Below, piece by piece: positions 23,176-36,921 of a DNA stretch of 64,000 bases. The notes beneath the pieces are model-generated. The model did no database searches, was not told where the DNA came from, and was given only the letters and a program-made list of their open reading frames with translations. This DNA is from Ascoidea asiatica JCM 7603 (taxonomy: Eukaryota > Fungi > Ascomycota). Each line of letters starts with the position of its first letter. The first letter of the stretch is position 1. The stretch is from the NCBI GenBank assembly GCA_001600695.1, contig BCKQ01000004.1:1354321-1418320 (forward strand). Reading direction: 5' to 3'. The position numbers and the translations under genes were made by a program.

Positions 23176-25237
23176 TGATGATGAAAAAGTTATCAAACAA
23201 AATAAATTTGAAAATCAAGATTATATTTTTTCTGTTGATTCTGATAAAAGTTTTGATAAAGAAATAGTTTTATCTGTTTTAGGTCATGCGATGGAAAAAT
23301 TATTAACCACTGAACAAAATCAATTTGAACAAAAGTATTCTAGGGATGAAAATCAAAAAAATAAAAATAAAAATAAAGATAAAGAAAATAAAGAAAATCA
23401 ACAAAAAGAATTATCTACAAATGATGAAAAACTAGAATTATCAAAAACTATAGAACATAAAGAACCAGATTCAGAAATTTCCATTTTGAAAAAATCTATT
23501 GAAGATTTCCTTTTGGAAGAAGGAAAAAAAGAAAATGAAGATGCTGCAACAATACTTGCAAATTTCGAAAAATCATCAAAGGATATTCCTTTTGATGTAA
23601 GCCTTGGAAGAGTTTTAAAAGATGCTACTCAACAGTTACCAACTTCAAGCATAGGAAACTTTATTTCACACTTAAAATCTGAAAAATCTTATGAAAATTT
23701 ATCAGAAATAGTTTCACCAATGAAAACTCAACAACCTAAAAGGAACTCAAAACCAAATAATGATTTAGATACTAAATTATATGCTGCCTTAAAGTTTGCT
23801 GATGAACAAGCTGAAAATTTGAAAATATTAGAAATGCAAACAAAATTAGCCAATGGAAGTAAAGAAGAAAATCAAGAAGAAAATCAAAAAGTGAATGATA
23901 ATGAGAAAATAAAAATTGAAAAACAAGTTGTAGAAGAAGATATAGAACAAGATTGTTATCATTATGCTCATTGTAATGGTTTTTTAATACGATCACAATT
24001 AGATTGTAAAGATGATAGATTACCAGGAACAGGAACATTTGATTTAAAAACTAGAGCCGTTGCTTCTATTAGAAATGATATTCAATATACACAAGATGTT
24101 TTAAAAAATAAAAATAATTATTCAATTAGAAAAAGATTTGGATTTTTTGAAAGTTATGAAAGAGAAAAGTATGATTTAATAAAATCAACATTATTTAAAT
24201 ATTCACTTCAAGCTAGATTAGGAAATATGAGTGGAATTTTCATTTGTTATCATAATATTGAAAAAATATTTGGATTTGAATATTTACCATTAACTCAAAT
24301 AGATCATTTTATTCATTCTATTACAGATAATACTGTAAGGAAAGATCCAATCTGGGTTTTAAAACAACAAGTTAAAGAACAAAATAAGCCATATAACTCA
24401 TTACGAAGTATCAGACATACTAAATATCTACCTGAATTGATAGGAAAACTTGAAAAAACTTATCCTGTTAGTAAAATTTTACAAAGTGGAGAATTTGAAG
24501 AAAGTTCAGAAGAGCTAAGTACATATATTGCAGATACTGAGATGAAAGTTTCATTAAATATGGTGAATAAAATTTTAAAAATTATCATTGAAAAGTATTT
24601 AGCTAAAGAAAGTAAAGAGTTTCAAGATAATTGTAGAATTATAATAAGCACAGAAAATAAATTTGAAAATGGATCATTAAAATCTTTAACTAGTGATTTT
24701 TCAGGACCTAAAATGACTATAATTTTTGCTCCAATTAATGTTACTGAAGTAAAATTACTTCAAGGAGATCCAAAAGCATCAAAAGAAGCTATCAAGCCAT
24801 TATTTGATACAAATTATAAAAGTTTCAAAGCAAAGATTCCAGAAAAAGTTTTAAATGATTTGAATGATAAAATTGGTAAGAGAGCTAAAGCATTTGAAAT
24901 CTCAAAATATCATTTATTCAATGATGTTGTTGATAACGAAACATATCCTACACCTAAAAATTCCAACGTGGATTGGAAAATTGCATATAGAATCATGGAA
25001 ATAAAAGATCAAAAAGAAGTTGAGAAAAGGTATAATGAATGTATTGGTAAAATTCAAAGAGTTGGAAGTAATTCTTCTGAAGATATTGATTTAAGTAAAG
25101 TTAAAAGTTCTTCAAATTATATATATGCATTAAGAGCATTTGAACAAAGTGGTAGAAAAAGAATGGATGCCATGAAATCTAAAGTAAATGAAGAAAAAGA
25201 GAATGTTGTTTGGAAAGAAGAGGAAAGTGATCTTTGA
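21665..25237 (+). CDS. PET127: Mitochondrial RNA 5'-processing exonuclease Pet127
   Basis: FFSSTSSMT, LSVLGHAMEKLLT, LIRSQLDCKDDRLPGTGTFDLKTRA, KYSLQARLGNMSGIFICYHN. The first ATG (21665) starts an Arg/Ser-rich presequence; the ORF-track start at 21626 is TTG. Confidence 0.93.
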
Positions 25238-25506
25238 ATTATTATTAGTAACAACTTTCATTTTCATATAGATAAAGTGTGAATATTTATAAATAATGTA
25301 TTATAAATTCTTGTATAAAATAAATATATATATAATATAAATTTCTAAAAGATATCTATAGTAATGTAATATCTGAATCAAAGATATGAGAATACAAAAG
25401 TAAAATTAAAATCTCTGGTGAAGCTTGGAGAAAATTAAGAATTGAAGACAAAAGAAAATAGTAAAAACCATTAGAAAATTTATTCGTTACTGAAAAGCCA
25501 AAAAAG

Positions 25507-25542
<36 letters not shown>

Positions 25543-25632
25543 ACGTAAAAATTGATTGATATTTCTGACTTAATATATGTCATGAGATTGAAGAAAAATT
25601 AAATTACAGTTAAAGAGTAGCTTATATTTATA

Positions 25633-26316
25633 TTAATCTTGAAGTGACATTTTTTCAAGATCATCACTTGTAGATTGTACTAATTTAAAGCCTCTTTTTG
25701 AAGGAATAGACGAAGGAGAAGATACAATTCGTGCAGCCAATATAGGGGAAGTGGAAACAGCACGTCTTTTATGAGAAGAATCAAAATCATCATTAAACTT
25801 TCTTTTTAAAATTTTTGTATGATTCTTAACTAGATTTATATTTGTAGAAATAGTATTTGAAATATTATTATTAGGATTTAGATTTGGATTAATAGTAGTA
25901 CTACTAGTAGCAGAAGTATTTATAGTATTTGATGAATTTGTAGTTGAATTTGAATCATTAGTTAAATTTAAAGGAAAAGTTGAGATTGAAGAAGGAGAAG
26001 AAGCTAAAGAACTTGAATTTGAATTTGAAAAAGAATTTGTAATTAAATTATTTGGTAATAATTGATTATTAATTGTTGATTGTAAATTTAAAGTTTTTAA
26101 CATTAATTTTTTATTTTTTGAATTCCAAGCTTCATTAACTTTTGTAATTAATTGATTTTTTTTTAAAGAATCTTCATTATATAATTTTTGTAAATAAATT
26201 GGATTATTACTTGTAGTTGTAGTTGTATTGATGTTAGTATTAATATTAAGATTTGAAGTATTCGTATTATTATTATCATGATTATGATTTTCATTATTAT
26301 TTTCAATTTTACTTTC

Positions 26317-26354
<38 letters not shown>

Positions 26355-27275
26355 GTATATTATTAATTGAATTTTTTAAATTATTATATTTTTGAATTAA
26401 ATAATCTTCATCTTTTAATTGAAAAGTAATAGAAGCTTCATGTTTAATTTCATTATCTAATGGATTAATTTCACTTTGTAAATCATTTGTAATTCTTTTA
26501 AAAGATTTTAATTGTGGTTTTAAATTTAATTTATTTGGAATTCTTCTAAAATAAATATCTGGAGATTTATTATTGTTATTATTATGGATAATGTTATCAG
26601 AATTAGGTAAAGATAAATTTGTAGAATTATAATTATCTAATTCATAAAATTTATTCAGATGTTTTGAAACATTTGAAGATAAATTTGAGTAATTTGAAGA
26701 TAAATTTGAAGATAAATTTGAATAATTTGAATAATTTGAAATATTTTGTAAATTTGATTGTAAATTAGATTGTAAAGGTATATTATTTGGCAGACTATTT
26801 CTATTAATTTTATTTAAATTTTTTGGAGATTTTTTTTTCTTTTTTTTTTGAAGTAATATTAAACTACCTCTTCTATTATATAAATTATTATAATTTAAAA
26901 AAGGAGGTAAATTATTATTTGAATTTTTATTATGAAAAATAGATGGATGTTGAATATTTGGTGTTCGTGGTATATTTTTAAAATTATTTATATGATTAGT
27001 ATTATTGTTAGTGGTATTATTATTAGATAAATTATGATTTGATAGATTTGTATTATCATTTAGGTCAATATCATGATCTATATCATGAATATCATGAATA
27101 TCATGATCTAAAATTGGAATATCTGGAATATCTTGAATATCTTGATTATTATCTGAATTTATAGAAGAATCAGAATAATAATTATTATCAAATAAATTAA
27201 AATCATCATATTTTGGTAAGAATGGATTATTGAATGAGATTGAAGTTGATCTATTAGAAGAAAGTGGAAATAAAC

Positions 27276-27327
<52 letters not shown>

Positions 27328-27654
27328 GTTAAAAGATTTCTCTTGTTTGAAATTTGATCGATTATTAAATTTATTTATTGATAAAAGATTTGATTCAGTT
27401 TTTTCTGTATTTTGATTCAAAGAGAAATTTGATTTGAATCCATTAAAATCGATTTTTTTATTTCCAGAGCTGTTAATGTTAATATTGTTATTATTATTAT
27501 TATTATCATTTATATTACTGTTATTGATATTATTCTCAAGGGATGGGTCCAGATTTGTTTTGGTATTTGAATTCTTAATACAGGTAGAATTGTTTTCTAA
27601 GTTGCTATTACTTCTGTTGCTGGTTGAGAGCATATCCTGGTTATCGATATCCAT
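25633..27654 (-). CDS. Conserved fungal hypothetical protein, largely disordered
   Basis: 673-aa ORF with islands LKPQLKSFKRITNDLQSEINPLDNEIKHEA, KRRAVSTSP and C-terminal STSDDLEKMSL among poly-N tracts. Confidence 0.75.
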
Positions 27655-28234
27655 TTGTAAGCATTGATTCGAGTTCAGATTTGAGGAAAGCAGTCCCCTA
27701 TGTAAGTATTGTCTTGATGTAGTTATGATAATTTACTGAATTGAATATATACAAAAGAATCTCTTTGTCTTTATTCCCTTTAAATATATTTTAATTTATT
27801 GAGTTCTTTTGAATATATTTTAAATCACTGTGAGTTAAATAAATAAAATCAGGAGCAACAACCGAAACCCGTGGCCGGCGGATTATGCATGGATTATGTC
27901 AGCCACTAATATCCAAGACAAGGATATTATTAAACTTTTAATGAATGTAACCGTGCTGCGGACACGCGGAACAACGGAAGTTAGACCCACCGCACTGGTT
28001 TCCGTGTGTGTGGCTGAGAAAAGGCTGAGGTCAGAAGAAGTGGGAATTGATTCTGGCGGTGGTGGTGGAAGTGGTGAAGATAAAGGAATTACACGATAAG
28101 ACGAATATATGTTTATTCTTGAGTGTATTGGATTCATAAACAAATAACAATAATAATAACAAAAATAATAACAAAAATAATAATTACAATTATCAATATA
28201 TAATCAAAATAATATTCATATTCTCACAATTAAA

Positions 28235-28908
28235 ATGGACTCAAGTCATACCAATCAAATATTCAGGTTTCGTTTGCCCTTTAAATTACCTTCTTCTACT
28301 GTTGTAAGAAATCTTGGTGTTTATTTAAGTGGAGCCTTAGTAAGTAATTAATCAAATAATCTAAAAACAAACAATCTACAACAAACTCCTCTGATTGAAA
28401 ATTAAGTAATCGTTATTGAATAGTTTGGACTAACAGTACCTTTTTTTTTTTTCGTTTGAAATAATAGTTTGCAGCTGGTTTTTGGTTTTTATTAGATGCT
28501 GCAATTTATAGTAAAAGAGTAAATGCTTCTATAGTTCATATCACTTTTGTTGATTGGATTCCTGCAATTTGTTCAACTTTTGGAATGATAATTGTAAATT
28601 CATTAGATAAAGAAAAATTATTAAATGATGCTCTTGGTGGGTTTTCAGCAAGTTTTAATGGTAATTCTGATTCAACTTGGCATGCAAGACTTATATTATT
28701 CTTAGGTTTTTCTTCTTTAGCTATTGGACTTGCAGGTTCATTTGTAATTTTAATTTTAAAATTCTTAATGAAAAATTTTAATAATTATCCAACTTTAGGT
28801 ATGGGTGTTGCAAATGTAATTTGTAATGGTTGTATAATGTTAAGTTGTATAGTTTTATGGATAAGTCAAAATATTCAAGATGAATATTCTTATTCTCTTG
28901 AATTATAA
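28235..28908 (+). CDS. VPS68: Vacuolar protein sorting Vps68; two exons (28235-28339, 28468-28908), 181 aa
   Basis: Exon 1 MDSSHTNQIFRFRLPF...RNLGVYLSGAL splices in frame to FAAGFWFLLDAAIYSK...HITFVDWIPAICSTFGMIIVNSLDK...YSYSLEL; the ORF track shows only the last 107 aa. Confidence 0.92.
28340..28467 (+). other. Spliceosomal intron of VPS68 (128 nt, phase 0)
   Basis: 5' GTAAGT, branch point GACTAAC (28428-28434), poly-T tract, 3' TAG; removal restores the reading frame. Confidence 0.92.
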
Positions 28909-29806
28909 TTTTAAATAATTTATTTTTTTATTATGATTTATTATGATTTATGGTTATGTTTTTATTAATCATATACAAGTTATATTTTAAATGAAAATGA
29001 AAATGAAAATGAAAATAAAAATGAAAATAAAAAAGGAAAACAAAATAAAAAACTATTTCAATCTATTTGTAATTTGTAATTAATAATTAATATTTCTATA
29101 TATATATTAATTTAAACCATAAATATGAAAAATGTTATTTTTAAGTTATAAAATAAACTAAGATAAAATAGATTAAATTAAATTGAATTCAGTTAAGTTA
29201 TGATAAAAAAGCATGAAAAAAATTAGGGTGAGTGTATTTAGATTATGATAAATAATAACAAAAACAAAAACAAAAACATAAAACAAAAACAAATTAAAAA
29301 AATAAAACTAAAATTAAAAGATAAATAATAGATAAATAATAAAGTAATAAAGTAATAAAGTAATAAAGTAATAAAGTTATAAAGTTATAAAGTTATAAAG
29401 TAATAAAGTAATAAAGTAATAAAATAATGACTAATATCATAAAAGAGTTAAATAAAATGACAAAAAAATTCTTTTTTTTGCTTAATAAAAAAAACATAAA
29501 ATTAAAAAAAATAAAGTTAAGTGAAAAACTAAAACTAAATTACTCTCAAATAATTCAATTGAAAAGAATTATTTTTTATTGGAACCTCAGAAAAATGAAG
29601 GGAATTGAAATTAAATCTCTTTTGTTTTAATTGTTAATATAATGAATGGTTTTTTTAATGGCTTCTTTTATTTTTTTTTTTACCTTTTTTTTACTCTTTT
29701 TCTTGTTTTTTTTTATTTATCTTAATTTAGTTTTTCTAGGGATTTTTTATTGATGGAATATATATTATTATTTATTTTTTTTTTTTATTATTATTATTGA
29801 TCTAAT

Positions 29807-31186
29807 TTAATATGAATTCATTGGATTAATTAATCTCATTGAATCACCAATTAAATCTTTTTCAAAAGAACTAAAATTAAATAAATCTGGTGGAAAAACA
29901 GGAGTTGAAGAACCTCTTGGAATCCATTGAAATTCTGGATTTCTTAATTCATCAAAAAATGGATGAGATAAAATTTGAACAGGTTGAATTCTATCATTTG
30001 GAGAATATTTTAAAATTTTTAATAATAAACCAATTAATTCATTTGGAGCATTTTTAAAAATTTGTTTAAATCTTGTTGAAATTCTACCATTAAATAATGG
30101 AGTTGAATATAATGGACCATCATATTTTGGATTTGAATTAAATATAAAAACTTTATCAGGAGGACCTAATAATTTTGCAATTTCTTTTAATTGAGTTGTT
30201 CTATCTTGACCTTGAAATATTGCTCTACCTAAAGACATTTCACCAATTACACAACCTAAACCCCAAATATCAATTTGAGTTGAATAAAATTGACTACCAA
30301 CAATTAATTCTGGAGCTCTATAAAATCTTGAACAAATATAAGCAACACTTGGTTCAGTTGGTTGTAATTTTTTTGCACTACCAAAATCACAAATTTTTAA
30401 AATACCTTTAATTGGATCAACTAAAATATTTGATGGTTTTATATCTCTATGACAAATATTTAAAGCATGTAAATATAACATTGCTCTTGAAATTTGATAA
30501 GAATATAATCTTAAATGATTTATTGGTAAATATCTTCTATTTAAAGAAAATCTATGAATTTCTAATTGTAAAGATTCTGGTAAACATTCCATAACTAAAT
30601 GTTGATAAATTGTATTATCATTTGGATCATTATGATCAAAATAAAATTTTAATTTTATAACATTTGGATGATTTGCAGTTCTTAAAATTTGTAATTCTCT
30701 TGATTTATATTCAGTTTGAGCAGGTACTCTTTTAATTGCATATGGACCATACCAATCATTTTCAATATTTCCATTTCCATTTCCATTTCCATTTCCATTT
30801 ACATTACCATTATTATTATTATTATTATTATTTATACTATTATTATTTATGTTATTATTAATTATATTATTATTACTATTACTATCAAGACTATTATTTA
30901 TACTGTTATTATTATTATTATTATTATTATTTATTATATTATTGTTATCATTAATGTTATCAATTATATTAATATTATTTGATATTAAATTAATATTTTG
31001 ATTAAATATAATATTATTATTTGATAATAATTTTAATTTTGCTTGAACTACAGTACCAAAAGCACCTTCACCAATTTTTTTATATTCTCTAATTAACATT
31101 CTTGAAGATTGATTAGTTTTAGTTGAAACCACTTCAGCTAAAAATTGATTAACTCTTTGTTGATGTTGAAGTTGAGTTGAAGACAT
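29807..31186 (-). CDS. MCK1: GSK-3 family kinase, Mck1/Ygk3 type
   Basis: EYKKIGEGAFGTVVQA, GPYAIKRVPAQTEYKSRELQIL, HRDIKPSN, DFGSAK, YICSRFYRAPEL; adjacent and convergent to VPS68, as YGK3 is in S. cerevisiae. Confidence 0.88.
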   Translation of the reverse strand: MSSTQLQHQQRVNQFLAEVVSTKTNQSSRMLIREYKKIGEGAFGTVVQAKLKLLSNNNIIFNQNINLISNNINIIDNINDNNNIINNNNNNNNNSINNSLDSNSNNNIINNNINNNSINNNNNNNNGNVNGNGNGNGNGNIENDWYGPYAIKRVPAQTEYKSRELQILRTANHPNVIKLKFYFDHNDPNDNTIYQHLVMECLPESLQLEIHRFSLNRRYLPINHLRLYSYQISRAMLYLHALNICHRDIKPSNILVDPIKGILKICDFGSAKKLQPTEPSVAYICSRFYRAPELIVGSQFYSTQIDIWGLGCVIGEMSLGRAIFQGQDRTTQLKEIAKLLGPPDKVFIFNSNPKYDGPLYSTPLFNGRISTRFKQIFKNAPNELIGLLLKILKYSPNDRIQPVQILSHPFFDELRNPEFQWIPRGSSTPVFPPDLFNFSSFEKDLIGDSMRLINPMNSY

Positions 31187-32588
31187 GATGAGTTATATAT
31201 AAATATTTTGAAATAAAAAAAACTTAAATTGAATTGAATTGAAAATATATTAATGATTATATTAATGATTTATATTAATTGTTATTGATAAATAATCATA
31301 GAAATTGAATGAAGAGATAATTTTTTAATTTAACAATTTAAAAAAAACATGAAATTTTAAATTTTAAATCTTAAATTATAAATTTTCAATATTAAATATT
31401 GAATATCGAATATAATTTATAAGATATTAGATATTAGATATTAGATATTAGATATAAAATACTTATATCTATAAGTATTGAATAGAATAGATAGAATTGA
31501 TAGAATTGATGGAATAGGGGAAATTGTAAAGTTTTGGATATAATAATATAAAAATACAATTAATAGTACTATATTTATGAATAAGTAAATGAGTAATGTA
31601 AATAAATAACTGAGCTTTTGAATTTGCTTTTGATTAACTTTAGTTTATATAATTGAAGATGTAATCTGTTAATAAGAGTTATATTGATTATGATGATGAT
31701 GATGATTATAAGGTTATTATTATTGTATTATTCTTTGTATAATAATAATAATATTATTTTGATAAATTTAGATTAAGATTATAAAATAATAATAATAATA
31801 AACAATGGAAAAGAAAACAGACAATAGAAGACAAGAGAAGTTTAGTTCCAGAATCGATACGAAAAGCACAAATAAAGAAAAGAGCAAGAGAAGAATAGTA
31901 AGTGATAGATAGTTATAGTTAGTGATAGTTATGTTTTATGAATTAGCTTGAGAGTAGTAATTGGTGAATGAACAGAAACTATTCTGAATATATTTGAATA
32001 TATTTGAATATATCTGAATATATCTGAATATATGCTGAGTGTATTTCTCAGCTTCTGCTTCTCTGAATAAAGAAAGGTATATTTGTTCTTGATCTCTCTG
32101 CTGGTGACAGTGACGCTGCTGTTTCCAGTTCTTGCTGGAAATGGGTGGAAAACAGAGCACAATTCGAGCGCAGCGCAGCGGAAGGAGCTGCCAGCGCTGA
32201 AACCACTGAAGCACAGCGGCAATCCGCCAAGAGATCCGCCGTGGATTGAAAAAAAAAAAAAAAAAAAAGTCGCCGCGGAAATGCGGATATGAGTCAGACC
32301 ACCAACGTAAGGCTAGAGACCTTTTGAAAGTGGCATGTGGCTGGTAAAAAGAGGTCTGATGCTGGATGCTGCGCCGTTACGTGCCCTGCTTGTTTTCTTA
32401 AATCCGGGGATTCTCAATTGGGACTTTATCTCCGCTGTTCACCAAATTCATCTGTTTCTGGTGGATTTGGTGGATTTGGTGAGTTGCAATGGTTCTGGTA
32501 TCGCCCTGCTGTTTTCATCAGAATATTCTGATACTGTTTTTTTTTTATAATATATAATACATATCTATATAGAGTTCATTAATACCAA

Positions 32589-32589
32589 A

Positions 32590-32625
<36 letters not shown>
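32589..32625. repeat. (AAGT)n microsatellite at the SLX5 3' end
   Basis: Tandem AAGT; related arrays at ~20772 (TAAGTGAT)n, ~55072 (AAGTATGT)n and ~57412 (TACT)n. Confidence 0.8.
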
Positions 32626-32626
<1 letters not shown>

Positions 32627-32663
32627 TAATAATATATATAAATAAAATCATTTTTAATGTCAA

Positions 32664-34602
32664 TTATTGCATATACAATTGTTTAAATGAACTTTTACTC
32701 ATAGAACTTTTACAATCTTCAACAACACAATTCTTTGGTCCACAAATTAAAGCATCTTCAACTAATATAGTTAAAAAATTATAATCAATTAAATCTTTTT
32801 TACTTTTTTTATCTGTATCTTTATCTTTTTTTTCTTTTTCTTTTTCTTTTCCTTTACCTTTACCTTTACCTTTACCTTTACCTTTACCTTTACCTTTATC
32901 TATTTTTCGTTTTTTTGTTGAAGAACTTGATTCATCATTATCACTATAATGTTCATTTTGATCATCATGATCATATTCATCATCATCATCATAATCACTA
33001 TTCAATTCTCCAATTTTAAATTCTTTATTATTATCATGTAAAGTTAATAAATTTTTTAATTTATTCATTTTTTCAATTTTATTTTCTAATAATTTTTTTG
33101 ATAAAATTTTATAATTTAAACTCTGTTTACAATTTTTTTTCTTTCTTAATAATTTATTATCAATTTTTAATATTCTATTAACACATCTACCACAATAAAC
33201 ATGTCCACATTTATTATAAAATACTTTACAACTTAATTCAATTTCTCTTTTTAATTCTTCTTTACTTAATATATGATAATTAATTAATTGATATGGTGAT
33301 TGACATTTAAATATTTTTTGTAATTCAATTAATGAATTAATTTGTGAATATAATTTTTCTTCTTCTTTTTCACTATTCATATTCTTATTCTTATTCTTAT
33401 TATTACTCTTATTGTTACTAATAATATGATTTTTATTAAAATAATTTAAAATTAATTTCTCAAATCTAGTTTTTTTCTTTTTTTTATTATAATCTTCTGA
33501 ATTTAAAATATATTTATATTTATTCATTTCTTGTTTTTTTTTATCATCTTTTTCTTTAATTGGTATACCTTTACCTAAAATTACTCCACATAACAAACAT
33601 GAATATTCAATATCTTTTTTAATTTCACATGTTAATCCACTATTAAAATTTAAATCTTTTTCAATAATTTTTGAAATTCTATTATTTAATTTTTTCTCAA
33701 AATTTATTGAATATATTTTTTGTCTTTTAAATTTCTTATCTCTTTCTAAATCTAAATCATTTCTAATTAAATTTAATTCTAATGGTGTTAATTGACTACC
33801 ATCAACAATACCATTAGAATATCTTCTTAAAAATCTTGAAAAATTATTATTAAATTGTGTATTTAATTGACTTTGAAATGTTCGTACAACTCTTTCATGT
33901 AAAGTTGAAAAAATATCATCATCTTCTTCAAAATTATTCTCTATATTATTATTATTATTATTATTATTAATATTATTATTATCATTATCATTCTGAGTAT
34001 ATTCTGTTAAATCAATTTGACTTTCATTATGATAATTATTATCTTCTTCATTCATATAATAATTATTATTTGCTAATAAATATCTTCTTAAACTTGATAA
34101 TTCTGGAGATTGACGATTTTCAGAAATTTCATTATTTCTTGAAGAATTTAATCTTAAATGATTTCTATTACCATTTAAATTATTATTATTTAAATTACCA
34201 ATAGTTGGTAATTCAATTAATCTTCTAGAAGTTGGACGAAAGTTTGTTACTGAATTACGTATAGGTAATACTCCACCATTTGCAATTATATCTCTAGTTA
34301 ATTGATTATTATTATTATTGTTATTATTATTATTATTATTAGTGGTGGTAGTTGTAGTTGTGATTGTAGATGCATTTGCAAAAGTATTAGTTGTAGAATT
34401 ATTTAATAAATTATGTATATTCATTCTATTATCTCTTGGTATTGATCTATTAGAAGAATTTCTAATAGAAGAGTTTAAATTTAAATTTCCATTTCCATTT
34501 CCATTTCCATTTCCATTTGGATGAATATAATTATCAATTGTATATGAAAATGATCTTATTGGAGTTGAAATTGTTCTTTCAGATATAATTTGAATATCAT
34601 CA

Positions 34603-34640
<38 letters not shown>

Positions 34641-35031
34641 GGTAGTAGAAGTAGTAGAATTATTGCGATGATTATTATTATTTACTGGGGCAGTAGAATT
34701 TGATCCAATAATACTTATAGAATTATCATTATCATTATCATCATTATTATTAGTACGTGGGGGAGCTTGACTTGAAACATAAATTGCATTCCTATCATTG
34801 TTATTGTTATTGTTATTGTTATTGTTATTGATATTGTTATTAACATATGGAGCTTGACTTGAAACATAAATGATATTATTATCAATATTTGGATTATTAT
34901 TTGTAAAATTAAAATTAGAATTAGAATTAGAATTAGAATTAGAAATAGAATTGGAATGAGAAATGTCATGATTAGTTAAGAAGGTGATTTGATTTCTATG
35001 AGATAAATCATCATCATAATCATCATCATCG

Positions 35032-35078
<47 letters not shown>

Positions 35079-35306
35079 ATCGATATCATCATTTAGTATT
35101 TCAACAGGAGAAGCAAAATTTGAAACTTGATTTCTTTCATTAATTCTTTTTTTGATTTTATTCTTTCTTGAACGAAACCAAGGTTCAACAGAAGAGAAAT
35201 TATCAGGAGTATTATTTAAATTTGTAGTATTAACAGAAGTTGAACCTTCATCATTGGGTATAAATCTCACATCAGTGATGAGAATATCATCATCTATATC
35301 ACTCAT
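32664..35306 (-). CDS. SLX5: SUMO-targeted ubiquitin ligase subunit Slx5 (split RING, N-terminal SIMs)
   Basis: Interrupted RING CLLCGVILGKGIP...KCGHVYCGRC...CVVEDC...FKQLY; hydrophobic/acidic SIM-like motifs (DDDILIT, VEILNDD, DDDIQII). Confidence 0.8.
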
Positions 35307-36717
35307 AACTTGATTATTGGATTACAATAATAAAGAAATGAAAAAGCCAATAATCAATAGAAGAAATTGAAAAAGAATAAGAAGTTGAAAAAAAAAAAGA
35401 ATTTGAAGAAATATATAATAAATAATATAAAAAATAACAAGAGAAATATATAAAAAACAATTTGAAATCAAGATAAAGCGAGTGAAAATAGTAAAAAGCA
35501 GTGGTCGAGAAAGAAAACAGTGAAACTAGTACTGTAAACCAGTACTGTAAACCAGTACTGTAGTAATTAGTAGCCAGTAGTCAGGAAGCTGGCAGGCAAA
35601 GGACTGATCCACTTTATTTTAGTGCAAACAGAGACTGAAACTGATATGGAATCCACTGCAGAAGGTGCAATGCACTGCAAAGTAGTAGTATGTTAGAAAT
35701 ACTGGCGTGCACGTTAATATACATGTAAGCACAGTAATAGGCAGTGCACATATATACACGTTGGCTTGCATGTCCTAACACTCAATTACATTAACCCGTG
35801 GCACTGGTTTTATCTTCATTGGACCCACTCCTCTGGTTCCAACTGTGATGAAACAATTCTGAAATGCTGTTGTTAGCTGTGGCTGGTGAAAAGTTCAAGA
35901 GGAGAGATATTATTGTAAGAAGCAAAAATATTGAGAAACTGAAACATTCTCACGAAGAATTTGAAGAAATATAGAAAAATAATAAATTAATAGATAGATA
36001 GATAGATAAATAAATAAATAAATAAATAAGTAAGTAATGAAATAAATAAATAAATAAATAAATAAGTATCCAGATAAAATTGAATTGGAATTAGAACTTG
36101 AATTTGAAACTTTCTACCAGGTGAAAAAAAAAAAAAATGGAAGAAAAAAATTATGTTAAAATAAACTAAATGACATTACAATTCAATTATTATATGCCAA
36201 AATGATTTTGAAAAAAATCAAAAAAAAATTAAAAAATTAAAAAATTAAAAAATTAAAAAATTAAAAAATTAAAAAATTGAAAAATTGAAATTAAAAATTA
36301 AAAATTAAATAATTAGATAAATTTTATAGATAAATGATAAAACTAAATAAAATTAAATAAAAACATAAATAAAATTTAAAACAAGATAAAAACAAAAAAA
36401 AAATTTTGATTTTTAATAGAAATCAATCTTGAATCTTGATTAAACATATTTGAAGATCGTATATGTTGATTTGATTATAAATTGATTGAACAATTGTAAA
36501 AGTGAGTGATGGTGATAATAATAACGAAAACGATAACAATAACGAAAACGATAATGATAAAATAAAGATAATGAAAAAGATAATGAAAAAGATAATGAAA
36601 GTTAAAAAAAAATAAATAACAGTGATTAATTAATTAACTAATTATACTGCACCTTGAATAAAAAATATCAAACAATAACCAAAGAGCAAATAAAATAAAA
36701 ATCTTTTCCCCTTTTTC

Positions 36718-36890
36718 TTATAAACAACAACAAAGTTTTTGAAAAAAATTCTTATTACCAGAATTTAATGAATTATTTTCTTCTTGATTATTATTTGTAT
36801 TATTACCATTATTATTATTATTATTATTGTTATTATTATTAATAGAAGTTGGATTAGTACTTGTATTATTATTTGTACCAGATAATTTTG

Positions 36891-36921
<31 letters not shown>

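Noticed and set aside
31929-32550. Short ORFs in GC-rich intergenic islands (also 9224-9587, 14718-15026, 16966-17450, 27883-28143, 38585-39058)
   Set aside because: Codon usage unlike host genes, no motifs, and overlapping in several frames; expected where stop codons are rarer in promoter islands
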